Below, one piece after another: positions 24,870-38,000 of a DNA stretch of 64,000 nucleotides. A program made the position numbers and the translations under genes. Source of the DNA: Phoronis australis (lineage: Eukaryota; Animalia; Phoronida); assembly GCA_002633005.1 (NCBI GenBank), contig NMRA01000003.1, positions 967,452 to 1,031,451 on the forward strand, written 5' to 3'. Numbering within the stretch: the stretch's first letter is position 1; every line of letters starts with the position of its first letter. The notes beneath the pieces were generated by a model. It was not told the origin of the DNA. It worked only from the letters and a program-made list of their open reading frames with translations, and made no database searches.

Positions 24870-27800
24870 TTATGATGCTTTCTTCTTCAAACTTTTTAAA
24901 TACAACTCTAAAGTCTTCTGAACGCCGTCTGTCGTAATGAACCTCACAAAATTGTCCACATCTTCATCTCGTTTCACTTGCAGCCTTTCAATGGCGTCCT
25001 TGCGCATAAGATTTTTGGATAAGGATCGGGCAACTTCTGCAAGAAAAAACACTTTGTAAGTCAGAAAGAGCAAAAGAACAAGATATTTGAATTGACATGT
25101 CTGACTGTCAATTTAAAGAGTGGTCATCGGATTTCTCTAGAGAAGAAACTGATGAAATGGGATGTGCTCTAGGAAAGTGCAAGCAGCTAAATGCAGATGT
25201 TGACACAGTTCAATGGTACGGCTGTTCTAGGTTGCGTACTACGCCCTCCAGAAAAGTCCTGTTTTGCCTCATTTGGATAAAATTTCTCGGCCTGGTTCAA
25301 TCTAACTGTCTTTGCAAGTTTACGGTTTACGCAAACATAAGAACATGAGGTACACTCCAGTTTCAGACAAATCCTGTTGAAATGGAACGAAGCTTATTTG
25401 TGACATATGTAGCAAACCTAGCTTCATGAAATGTGAGTACTTGTCTTGAGCCAGTTTATCCAGAAATCAAGGATGCACGGCTTACAGTACATGCAAAAAG
25501 TAGTATCCTGTTGTGCAATTGCAGCTTTGACAACAGTGAAATTTTCTTGCATTTGAATGTTAAGACAAAGAACTTTGGGTCACATTGCTTGATTATTTTT
25601 GGTATCCGTAAACACATCTTCGTATCTGAAACTTCGATGGAGACCCGTCACTCATTTGTGAGTAAAACGGTTATTCTTTGGAAACCATATTGAAACATCT
25701 TGACAGATAATAGCCATAGTCCACCTTTTGTCAGTCTGTCTTTAACAGTATCAAAGATTCTGTAACAAAATAACTCTGTTTGCATGCCAGGCATATCTAG
25801 GCCTGTCAGTACCCAGTGTCCAATATCATATTAGAAGTGCCGAAATCGACAGTTGTCCAATTTTAGTGCCATTAAGTAGAGTATACTACAATCAGCACAT
25901 TACAGATATGGTGAATACTTAGATATTAAACTGACAATAAAGAATTCACAAAAAAATTGTTTGAACAATGAGCTGAGTATTTAGTCTATTTACAGCTGAG
26001 GGATATACTTGCATTACGCAGGCCTGACATCCTATTTAGTCTATTTACAGTTGAGGGATATGCTTGCATTACGCAGGCCTGACATCCTATTTAGTCTATT
26101 TACAGTTGAGGGATATACTTGCACTATGCAGGCCTGACATCCTATTTAGTCTATTTACAGTTGAGGGATATACTTGCATTACGCAGGCCTGACATCCTAT
26201 TTAGTCTATTTACAGTTGAGGGATATACTTGCATTACGCAGGCCTGACATCCTATTTAGAACATAATCTGTAATCTCTAACTAAAATCTCTGTTTTGCAA
26301 GTAAAAGCAACTTGTATGATATCTGTTATTTTTAGTAAGTTTAAATTTCAATCAAAACATCAAATTTCAGTTTCAAATTGTGTTCAGCTAATAAAACAAC
26401 ATTTATTTAAAAACTCAACTCATCGTATCAGTATTTTGTGGCCAGCAAAGTTGTTTTCTCACCACCAAGGCCTAACAAGAGCAATAGATGCTCAAAATTC
26501 ATAATATATCTGGCTATAAAATTCAGGAAAAATTCATAACAACTGGTAGTCGTGGTTACAACACAGCACAGACATCAACTCTGAGACAAAATAGTCTCAC
26601 AGACCGTGTATGGTTTTGTATTCATTCTCACATCTTCATAAAACACAACTACACAAAAATATAAAAACTGAAAACAACATACACTTACGAACCTGGAATT
26701 TAGCTAGTTTCCCCTCGGATTGCACCATCAAAAATTTGTGTGACTTATAACACTGTATTTGCAACCGGACAAAGGAAATATATTCAAATGAAAAAAAGTA
26801 TGTTTTTGCAACAAGAAGGAATGCACCATAACTGAGATTAAAAAATAAACATTGTGCGTATTGACCTAATCATGTGATGAATGATGATAGGCCGAGGGAA
26901 ACAAAAAAATGTTTAAAGGAAGACGCTATCAACTAGATTTTCATTTATTTCAAATCCTTTTCCTTTTAATTAACCCAGTTTCACTTACCTGGGATCTTTA
27001 TATATTCCTGCAGCTGTCGTTTGGCAGTCTCTACCACCTGTGCCTGCTCCACTGATTCATCGATCAGACCCACAGACATTGCCTCTTTGACACTGTACAA
27101 TTTACCAAGCTGTAAAGCTTTCTCAGTCTCACGGTGTCCAATGGTTCTCTTCATTGTTTCCATAAACCTGCCACAAGAACGAAGCATACATTACCTGGAT
27201 ATTCATGCCTAGACGAACACAATCACCTCAAAAATACATGCTAAAAAGAACATCCCGTTTGTCCATCACAACTGGTAGTGGACTGTCACAAAAGGGTGAT
27301 GAGCAATCCTGGGTATTTTGATGGTGAACAAGGCAGTGTGGCCTAGCGTGACAGGTGCCCGCCTTCTTTACTCGAGGTCGTGGGTTCAAGTCCCACTGTG
27401 CCACACTGCTAGACACTTGAGTCAGGTCTCCAGCTCTTCATCTCGGTTTTAACTCTATATAAATAAAGCACATAAATGGTTCCAGATGATCAGTGCAATG
27501 GGCCCACATGAGAAGCTTGCGTACGTGTGGTACAACCGTGCGTGTACCAGATGGTACAACATGTACCAGACCGCCTGCAACTTTTTTATACTCTGATGGT
27601 GAATTCAGGTGTCACAACAGAAGAAATCAATCCATGCTCTGTCATCATGATGGTAAACTATGATTCAACTTGTCCCATTATTATTGAAGGACACAGTAAA
27701 GTTAAGCATGTAGAAAAAATGTCCTAACCATAATGTGGTTCTGAAACATTTGAAACTCAAAAAGCGTTTCAGTTAATAAAGTTTTAGCTCTCTCGATAAA

Positions 27801-30800
27801 AACGTAGAAACTGTATCTCTTAACATAACCCAAAACTGTATCTCAGTGATTAAATGCCTTTCAGTGTGACATGTGTACCAAAAAACAAAAAATGTGGGTG
27901 TCACAATCTTGTTACCAGACATGAAACGGAGATCGAGGTTGGCGAAATATGGTCACTTATTATGACAGGATACAAGTATAAAGAATATGGGTGAAAATAA
28001 GATATGATGTGTAAAATGTAATAATCTCTGGTAAAATGAGCACTAAGAAGCGCCATATCCGCAGGGACATACGAGAACCAAATGGAACGAAACTGATGAA
28101 AGTACAGACCTACTTATATGCTGCCAGCCGGATACCCAACCCTAACTGTAGGTGCCAAGCCCCGAGGGGAAGTTTGTTTGCCCAAATGCTAAAACAGCTG
28201 CTAGGTGCTCACTCAACATTTTGACGTGATGATAGGTATGCTGACTAAGCAATGACATGGATAAGATAAAATAAATTTAAAAAAATTACATGAACACAAT
28301 AATGTAGGCAGTGTAAGAGGATGATAATCAGTTACGGTAATAAGGATATTACAAAAATTTACATAATAACTGACAGTTGAAAGCGGCTAAGATAAGATAT
28401 ATAAGGTTGACAGTGGAAAATTAACAGCTAGAGATAATACAAACAATAAAACGGTAAAAAGGTCCTTTTGAATAGCTGCAGCATATTGTTTAAAGTAATT
28501 ATGTCTATGATCAAAAAGTTGAGAGTCCTTTAAGGAAGTATATAGAGCTTAGCCCATGCTTTTCGCTTATTTTGACATTTGCTTAACATTCCGAGCTGGG
28601 CTAATCAGCCACTATGCACCCCCACCAAGCCCAAAATGTAATATGGAAGTTTCATTCACAGAAAATAGTCTCAAAACAATTTTGCCCTGTTCATTATGGT
28701 GAGGAAAGTTATCTAGTTGAGATATCATCTTTTAAAACAAAAACTCATGATGCTTCTGGATCACATATGGACGATGGAAATGTTAATAGGATGGTGCTGG
28801 ACCACAGTTTAGAGAATAATATCATATTGAAATTCAAATTAACCCAAATTTTTACGTGATACATTAAAAAGAATGGCGATCTTTCATCCAAGTACAAAAA
28901 TTCCCAAAGAGGCGTGTCTTCACATTCTCAGATAACAATCAGTGAATAAATTTGGTGTCCCGAGATTGCCTACTTTATGTCAAAGCTTTTTTGTGGAAAA
29001 CATAGAACTTGGTGAAAACTCGTAAAAAGTTTTTCTAGTTTCAATTAAAAAAATTCAAAACCAATCAAAATGGTAAAACCAAGGATTCACCATCTTTAAG
29101 TTGTCAGCAGAACACAAGTGAAGTTGACTTGAGTAAGTACGGGTTCCTTTAGTTCATTGTTATTCACCACTTTGTGTTGTTATATTACCAGAATGGAGCT
29201 ACAATTCCTAATAACGTCTCATTCAGGCCGATAGTGAATGGACCATCAGCCATTACTCTGTAGTCACAGGAAAGAGACAGTAAACAACCCCCGGCAGGCG
29301 CATGACCCTAAAACAATAAAATAAAAATTCGTTTGAATGGTGAATGGACCGTCAGGCAACATGCTGTAATCATGGAAACGCACAGCAACAATCTCCTATT
29401 GGGATGAGGCCTTCCAACAACAAAATTAAGATTTCTTTGTTGCATAAAGCCTTGATGAAATGCGATTTTAACAGCAAATTCCAACATATCAACAGTGTTA
29501 CACTGCACTACAGCTGTTACATAAACCCACCTCCAGCCAACTTTTGATTTAGTCCACCGACCGTTACACGACTAGTCTCAGGTTGTTCCTGGCTAGATAT
29601 CTGGGTTTGTAAAGAACTAAAAGTTGGTTATTGCTTGACCTTGGTGGTCAATTTTTGAACCAATCTCAATATGGCGTGGCCAACATATGGCGTGCTGACA
29701 AGATTTAAAATGTTTCCAAAGTAAAAACTAGTTTAAACAGAAGGCAGGTTGATGACAGCTTTAACGTGATCTTAAATGCAGTGCAAATTTTCTTTATAGT
29801 AAAGCCAGCATTTGGCTGCTTGGTGGCACAGGGTTCAAACATAGCTTTGTGGCAAACAGCTGCTCTGAGACACATCTTATTCCATCACATGTTCTTTCTA
29901 ACACACAAGTATTAGATGCTGGAAACAAGCCTGGTTTCGCTAAAATGCATAATTTATCAAAACAGCAATCAATAAGTCGGAATTAAAAGCTATTTAGCAT
30001 TTTGTGAAACCTAAACAAAATAATAGTAATAGGCTGGAAGCAGCAATGCCAGACTATTATTGCAACAGTCAACATTTTTATGACTTAAAACATCTATTAT
30101 ATGCAAGTTCAATATACACTTTAACATCATCCAATAATCTTTTCAACAACTTCTTCTTGCATACAGCTACATTTAAATAACAACTTTTCGAATTAAACAA
30201 ACTAAGATTTTTTTTTACATTGACATACAGATCGTGTTCCTGAAAGCGACTATAAATCTGCCTTCCACCACAAAACCAAAATAGTTCCTTTGTCAAACTG
30301 GTGATGATTTCAGAACCTCAAAAGAACTGACACTTCATTATTGCTCGAGACCAGACTCCACAAATTGGCTTGTCACAGCCTGCACCAAGCGTGTCTCAAA
30401 GAAAAACGAACTGCCAGTTCTCTGCAAACCCAGAAATCACTTCCAATTTGAATAAGGCATTAGTTGAGATCAGAGTCACACTGGCAAGAGGTCAAACCAA
30501 GAATTCGCTTCTGGGACGAAATGCGGGTTTGCAGCCACTTCAAATAAGGAATAGTAGGTATATGTGACCTGATAACAATATGAGGACAGTAATTAGTACC
30601 AATTAACCATCACCTACAGTAATAGCAGCAACAGTTGCCAGTCTTGTACCGTAAAGACTGAGCCAGACCTCCTGCAGGGTGCGCCAGAATTCTGCCAGTC
30701 GCTCAGGTTGGGGTTGATACATCTCCAAAATGTCCAGGCCAGCGCTGAAGATGTTTCGCACTTCCTACATTTAACAGAAGTATGTAATATGTTTGAGATG

Positions 30801-33800
30801 AGCAAAAACCACAGAAAATGTCTGAATCTTTAGTAATATTGCAGCAATAAGTTATACTTTGCTGACCATATCACTCAGGCTCTCAACCCATCACATTTTC
30901 AGAGCTCCTACGTTGCACATGGTATATAGGCGATGCACCACAGGGGGGCTTCGGGGGCTTTAGCCCCCCACTTTTTTCAATGTTGTGCTGCTCATGGATC
31001 ACTCAAGCACAGACAAACACATATTTCATGAGGTTTTACTTACCAATTCCTTTAAGACTTCGTTCAGTTAGGTTAATATTTATACTTCAGAGATGATATA
31101 AATATGTAATTCTTATAAAACTGGTATGGAAATGTATATCGCAAACAGCATATAAAGTTGGCAGAAGGTCCCGGGTTCGAGTCCCGGTTGGGGCAGAGAT
31201 CTTTTCAGACTTATATTCATTAGGTCACGTGATAGGGCCACTAGTGGTGTGCTAACCAAACTTAAAAATGTACTTCGCGAAACTTTAGAGTTGAACTCCA
31301 CAAATCAATTGGCCTTGGTGTTCAGATTGCTCACTCCCAGTCTTTTCCATATTTACTACTGCTTGTATCTAGATTAACGATTTACGCAAGAGGCAGCTAT
31401 AACCTGCTTTCCACCATAACTCTTGATTTAGACCACTTATCACTATGATATCAGTTTGTTATTGCTTAAAATCTAGCTCTACAAGTTTGGTTGTCACAGC
31501 ATGCCAATTTAGGCAGAGCATGGTCTCAACTCAGTAATGAACTGTCATATTTTGTTGGTTGGTTGCAGGGATATTAATTTTTTATAACATGTCAAAGTAG
31601 TAATTCTCAAACAGCTGAAGTACACTTACCTTACAAGGTCTCTCTGACACACAAAAACAAAAAGAATTGCTGTTACCATTTGCCCTTTAAATCCTGTGAC
31701 AGTGGATACTTCATTTTGTCCATTACAATATACGATTTTGCATAGAATATCACAAATTCCTTCTTTGGGAAACAAAAATCACTGATTTTGATACATTTGA
31801 TTTTTGTGATAGAATTGTGAACTAGAAACGTTCTTGGAATGACTTATAATGTCATTATTAAAGACTATTGAGATGAACTTGGTAAATGATTGATGGATAA
31901 CAAAAATCTTCACCAGGCTATGTGCAAGAAAAGGATATTATTTGGAAAACCCATTTTTAACAGCAATGGAGTAGTATTTAACTGGATTTTTTACAACGTA
32001 AACAATTTATTTACATATGGGGGGCTCGAATTCCCGACATTGTGGACCATTTGCTAACAAAAGAGCAGGAGGCCTAAAAAACGGGAGCACCTCTGTGAAT
32101 TGCACGTTTGCCCTTATTTAGTGGGCTTTTGTCCCATTTTCTCGGACTTTTTGGCTCTCGGGGGTGGACCTTTTTGGCCCACTTTGCCAATTAGGGGGGA
32201 GGCTCGTTCAAGCCCCCCGAGCCCCCCTGGGTGCGCCCATGATTTATAACAGTAGAACAAAAACAACAGGCACTGCTGTTCCTTATAATTTTACAAAAAG
32301 AATTCAACATTCTAAAATACACACCTGTTAAACAATACCAAACACGTAGAACTCAATAGTCTATCAATGGTAAAAACTTTAATTGCACATTTTTTTCTAC
32401 CAAGAAAGTTGTGTTACCCTACTGTATTTCATTTGTTTTGCATTTACAGATATTATAATTAGGTTTTGTAAAAAAACTTGGGAGAGAAATGAGTATTTTT
32501 TTAACAAAATGCAGATTCATACTAGCCACCATAAGTATACCATATTAACTGATGTTATATAAACTCACAGAGGTCAAGATGAGTCCTTTGCAGGATTTTT
32601 CGTTTTCCAATTTCTCCAACGCAATCTGTATTTGTGTTAGGAACTCCAGATTCAGGGAGTTGACAGGTTTTCTGTTCATAATTAATGAAGCAATGCCTGA
32701 AAGGAGAGTAGAGGGACCAATAGATTAGTTTAGCCTGTTTGAGCGCAGTGGGCTGTGAGTCCACAATTTTGCATTATAATGGTCCCGGATGACACAGCGA
32801 CACTTGAATCTCCCATTTACCCACAATGATGCAGCATCCGAGAAACAATTATCTTGCCACTGGGTGCCTTGTTTTTTTCAAGCTTATCTCAATTGCATTA
32901 ATAGTCTAGTACTTGATCTTCCAATGCCAGCAAAGATTTAATGCTATGACGTAGGCTCCTCTTCCATGGCAGACAGTTAGGTAAACTTGAGGACCACCCG
33001 TCGATACGATATTTTCTGACATGATTCTTAACATCAGCTAGTCGATTCTGAAACAAGGCAAAACAAACAACGCACTTCCTAACCTTGACAACAAATGAGA
33101 TTTCCATCTGGTACAGTCATATTGGAGTGCAACTTCCATATTTCCAAGATATCAGCATATTTAATGTTTTGAATTATGACTACTAGGTTCAGAAAAATTT
33201 TAGCAGAATCTTCAACCAAACTGTGATGGGAACATTGCTAGCAACTTAACAAGAGGTGAACACCACACGTCTGGTAAATGACAGAAGCAGTAATCATGTT
33301 ATGCCTACCTGTGCTATCATCAATGTCATATGACAAGAACTCGTTAGTTGCAGAGCACATCAATCTTGAGCTTGCAATTCTTTTTGTTGTGAAATGAGAG
33401 AACTTTACAGCTGCATTTTGCAGACTCCTGCGTGCAATGGATGCTAGAATGAAAGTATTACTTATTATTAGTACAATTCTTCATCAATAACCATGGTTTC
33501 AAACTATTCTCCCACTGGTTAGGGAACCAGATTAGATGAGCTGTGCAGACAATAAACAAAACATTGGTATAAGTTCCTATAGTGTGGAGCAGAGCTATTA
33601 TGTGGAATATGTGGAGGACTTGTGAACCAAAGTTTTCGTCTATATTCTTGACATGGCCAAACATGCAGTAGTGTTGTGGTTATGAAGAGTAACTTGGATG
33701 GAATACCAAGCTTGAACACCAGAGGAATGAGGCCCACCTACCTACAGGCATGGATGCCATACACGATTCATGGACGCAACTCTACCCTACTGCCATAGCT

Positions 33801-34839
33801 AGATATGAAAGTGACATGACCAACCAGACTTGCGCTGCGAAATCACTGATCTTTCTGGATAGAAGGTTAAGTGAGATGACCAGAAAGGCAGAAGCATTAA
33901 TAGTCAAACACCAAGCACCAAAAGCAGAATGAATATGGCATCCGTGACTATGGACTCTTGCAACCTCTCACAAGAACAGCCTATCATAACTATCATATAC
34001 AAAAGAGGGTTCTCATGAGTCTCAAGTCAGGGCGTGGTCAAGGTGATGTGCGAATAACCAATACAATTCAGGCATCGGAATGCCAGCAATCTTTTTCTTT
34101 TGAATACACCATTTCTTTACAAACAAAACTTTACAGTCAAGTGACCTAAGTATTGGATGTTTTGGCACATATTGCATAATATTTAATTGAAAATGCCACG
34201 GCTTGTTGTAAATTCTTTGCTGATATAAAGACTTACCTTTACGGAATTGTTCTGTTACTATATCATGTCACTGAAAGCTACATGTATGTTCTGACTGATC
34301 TTTAAAAAAGTTAAACACAACCAGCAAACCTTCGAAGAACCTAAATATTGGACACCATGTTTCCCCATACACAACATCGCAGAAAACTGACTAACCAAGT
34401 AATGGCCGCGGGCACCTTGTACCCAAATTTTAGCTTGAATATTTTGACATATATGCTGCTAGAACACAGTTCCATTCGCAACAAAATTATCCATAAAGAC
34501 AGTGAAATCTGATGACAGCGCCAAGTCGTTTCGATGAATCACAACAGATGACTAAAGCATGTGCAAACTCGCTGAAGTTTTTAGTATCTCTGCCTTCTTG
34601 ATATGACACCCGAATGTGAGCACAAAGTCTCGGAAAACGTGTTTCCATCACAGTACAAGCACCTTGAATTAGTTTACATACGATACGCCTCCGGTGGCCT
34701 GGGTGTACTTTTGGAGTTTACGAAAATGGCAATGAAACGAATTGCCTAGTTTTGAATAGGTCAACGTCAAATAAAATGAGAGAGAGTTGTTAGTCAGTAC
34801 AAAACTATGTGAAAAGTATTGAAGATACAAACCAAACAT
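24870..34839 (-). CDS. ECI1: Enoyl-CoA delta isomerase 1, mitochondrial (crotonase fold, ~293 aa, 7 coding exons)
   Basis: Exons (minus) 34839-34833 (ATGTTTG, tentative), 33443-33309, 32696-32569, 30764-30618, 29307-29189, 27167-26989, 25036-24870; phases consistent. Motifs: MNRKPVNSLNLEFL, IFSAGLDILEMY, AAITGHAPAGGCLLSLSCDYRVM, IGLNETLLGIVAPFW (catalytic Glu). Arg/Ser-rich N-terminal presequence ASIARRSLQNAAVKF. The first 7-nt exon is inferred from phase and position only. Confidence 0.93.
25978..26259. repeat. 55-bp minisatellite, 5 near-identical copies, in the last ECI1 intron
   Basis: Unit TATTTAGTCTATTTACAGTTGAGGGATATACTTGCATTACGCAGGCCTGACATCC. Confidence 0.96.
27329..27593 (+). mobile_element. 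tRNA-derived SINE family B, copy 2, 10-bp TSD
   Basis: GGCAGTGTGGCCTAGCG...GGGTTCAAGTCCCACTG; TSD TGATGGTGAA at 27319-27328 and 27594-27603; ~45-bp extra insert near the 3' end. Confidence 0.85.
31157..31270 (+). mobile_element. tRNA-derived SINE family A, copy 2 (5'-truncated)
   Basis: GCAGAAGGTCCCGGGTTCGAGTCCCGGTTGGGGCAGAGATCTTTTCAGACTTATATTCAT... matches the reverse complement of 16561-16670. Confidence 0.8.
32014..32241. mobile_element. MITE, CA...TG termini, 5-bp TSD
   Basis: CATATGGGGGGCTCG ... CGAGCCCCCCTGGGTGCGCCCATG; ATTTA at 32009-32013 and 32242-32246. A related orphan terminus lies at ~30925-30970. Confidence 0.6.
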
Positions 34840-35021
34840 TGCAAAAAAATTTCGGAGAACGTGCACAATACAGGAGCTTGTTTTCGGGTTTTCGGACGTG
34901 AACTGCTGCAGCGCCCTCTGAGTATACGACAGTCAGCGTCATCTTTCGGTGAACAGTGGAAAACTACAATTACGGAAGTCAACATGCAAAGTTGAGGGTA
35001 CCATCATCCATTGCAAGGTTC
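34840..35021. promoter_or_regulatory. Candidate bidirectional promoter between ECI1 and AP5Z1
   Basis: Divergent genes with inferred start codons ~180 bp apart; CpG-containing; ACTACAATT (34963) adjacent to the ETS-like CGGAAGT (34973). Confidence 0.65.
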
Positions 35022-38000
35022 ATGACTTCTTTACAAGTTAGCACTGGGTAATGCTTTGTATTTCGTGATATTGTAGTGAGCCAGTGCATATAGACTAACG
35101 TGGTCAGGGTAAGACACAACAATATCAAAAACAGTAGTAGTCAGTCAGCTAGCTGTATGAAGACAATCGTCAAAATACAACTAAGTACCACTGTGTGTTG
35201 AGCTCCGACAGACTTCAAATTTCACGCACTCCACATGTTCCGGGTGGCTGTTCATCATCTCGTTGTGAAACTTCAATATGTAGAGCTAACGGCCGGCGGG
35301 GGTGCATGCAAAATCTGTGTGTCAACCAACTGTCACTTTGCCCGTTGCAGCCGTTCATGTGAACAACAGTCTAATAAATGTCATTTTCTCACGCCATTCT
35401 CCGTCTTTTGAAACAAAGAAAAGTCTGCCCTCCGATGATTTTGAAAACAGTATCACTGATACTATCCGTGACAGTACGCTCGTGACATGTGCATGCGCTA
35501 TTTCCAAGTCCAACGTCGATTTCAAAGCAGCTCTGAGATTCGCCAACAGATAGCGCTCAATTCCACGGCACTCAAAGTCAACGCCGCTTGCAGCTGCAGA
35601 GATAGTATACAGAGGAGAGCTGCTCGTTGGGTCACGAGATGGTTCAATCTTCTATCCTTAAACTGGCCCACCCTCAGCCACAGACGCAAAATCTGTCACC
35701 TGAAAATGTTTTACAAATATGATAAAAAGTTGGTGATCATCAACTCTGATGTTCCCCCTATGGCAGATCTTGCTGTCTCTGGCATATGTACCAGAAGGTC
35801 ATCCAATTATAGTATTCCAATAAATAGGACAGATTACAGGAAAAAGACATTCTTTCCTGGAACAGTCACGGACAGGAATAGCTTGCCGGGCTGCATTACA
35901 TCAGTCCCTTCTCTTGTTATTTTTGGCAGCAAGCTATCTACCTTTCTGAAGTAACATAGTGGAGTGCCTCCATTTGGGGCACCCGCTTACTGTCTGCCTT
36001 ATTTGTTAACGATCTAGCTATGTTAACCGACCTCTGAAGTGATGTCCACTATGTATATATGTCTTTTTAAACCTTTTATACTGGTAGCTGTTCACGTTTT
36101 TGTTTATCTTCATTGTTATTCAGTGACATAATGTTCTGGAGAGTGTGTGGTCACTTAAACCAAGAAGAAGAAAAAGACATTCTTTAACTGCAGAATAACA
36201 GACTAACGGCATTCTTTTTACTCCATGCAATAACCAAATAAGCATTTAGTGTAGTTTTTAATGACATTAACTTTGTGCAAGATTTTATTTTTTCCACGAA
36301 TGTACCAGGGACCAAATTCCTCACCCAGCACGTTCTTGTCTACTGCATGTAGTCACTCTAAGTTTATTTTTATATAAAACTGTTACTTATTGTATTTAAT
36401 TTGACAAAGTTGCAAAGTTCATAATGGTAAGTGGTCTAAATTTAATAATATTTTTTGTCATGGGCGGCGAGTTGATATCCACAGACTTTTTTATTTGTCT
36501 AGGTTGGAAAATAGCTCTGAAGAGCATTTATCAAGTCTGGTGCAGAAATTAAAAGACAAGAACCATGACAGAGTCATCAGCCTTCGCCAGATTACGCCTC
36601 TTTTGACTTTCAAAGGAAAGAATATCCAGTAAGCAATGAAATGGGAACATTTGTGTATATTTTTTGTACAATTGTTGTGTATATTTATTATAGTGACATA
36701 GATGCATCACGGAATGTAATACCAGGCTCTTAAGTCACCTGATACAAATTAACTTATAAGCGGTTATGCATAGTACAGGCTACTCATGCTGCAACCTAGT
36801 GCCCTAATCAAAAACTTGGAGAGAGCCTCTGGATAATTTAAAAACAAGTCTTGTATTTTTCTTTTGTTTTATATTTCCCAAAACTGTATTGTCTTTTATC
36901 TTTAATCAAGACCTTACACCCATCCTCTGTAGGTCTTTAAACTGTGCTCCTCATAATCTGTAGGTATCCCAAAGAGCTCATCCACACACTCTGCAGTCTA
37001 CTTGAAGACGTGACTGTGATTGGCAGATTCAGGTATCAGGTATGCCACGTGCTGCGCTCCATCTTGCCATGCAGACACGTGTCGCCGGACAGGTCATTTC
37101 AGGACCCCCTCTGCAGAAGTCTGATGTTGGGTGCCAGCACAGCCCCCTCAGCTATCACCATTGGACAACTGTTGATGTAGGTCGATGTAAACTTCAGGAA
37201 AGGAAACCAATCTTGTACACTATACCAGCAACTGCTTTAAAACCCCTGCAATTTACTTTCAGTCGAATCATTATCGGTTGCAAGATAATGTCTGTTCTTG
37301 GCCAAATGGTGAATAAGAAGTTGAATTTCAAAAACAAGACGCTGTGTTTCATATCGAGATTTCGATATTACTCAATATCATCTGTTTAGCAGACTTTGAG
37401 AAGAGCTTTTTTAATTTCCCTCGAAACTTTTTAGGGTTGCTGCGGGTTGCAGAGCATAGTTTTCTGGATGGGAAAGTTGTTTTTAGTATGTGTTATTAGG
37501 CCAAAACTGGGTTTGGTGTTCTTTAAATGCAATCCCATCAGTTATTCAAGACCTGGCACTTACTTGGCCTTGAACTTTTAATCCAGTGCTTATTAAAGAC
37601 TTGGTTGGTGCTTAATCAATGATACAATACTTGTGTGTTCAATATGTTAATATCTTCATTACGTTAGTCAACTGAAGTTATAAAATCATTTGTTCTTCTT
37701 TCAGGTGTGCAGTAAATGGTGATGTTAACATTGAGAACCCTTTGCAGAATGTGATCTCCGCCTGCAGAGCTGTAACAGATTACTTTGAATTGTTAAGTCC
37801 AGGTGAGGTAAATTAATGCACTGTCATTGTTGCCATGGTTTTTATGTGTTCACATATTTGTACATTGATGCATATTGCTGTCTTCTCTGTCTGCGCGTTC
37901 GAAGTTCACTACTGTATCTCTTAATTAAGTTCCTTGAAGGATCTTCATGAAATTTGGCAGATGTGTTCTTATGAAGCTGGTGACGACTTTGGGGTTTGTC

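Noticed and set aside
25978-26259. CRISPR-like regular array (also 47096-47329, 5184-5362)
   Set aside because: Head-to-tail repeats without unique spacers, eukaryotic intron context, no cas genes.
31157-31200. tRNA gene (GGTTCGAGTCCC T-loop); likewise 3381, 16630-16701, 21586, 27331
   Set aside because: No complete cloverleaf; each continues into a shared SINE body, has TSDs or is only a head fragment.
33741-33760. Alternative ECI1 start exon ATGGCATCCATGCCTGTAG|GTAGGT
   Set aside because: Phase-compatible but lacks promoter context or a clear acceptor; ATGTTTG at 34839 is preferred, though not proven.
35487-35954. 155-aa ORF as a host gene
   Set aside because: It is the C-terminus of a truncated LINE ORF2 inside AP5Z1 intron 1.
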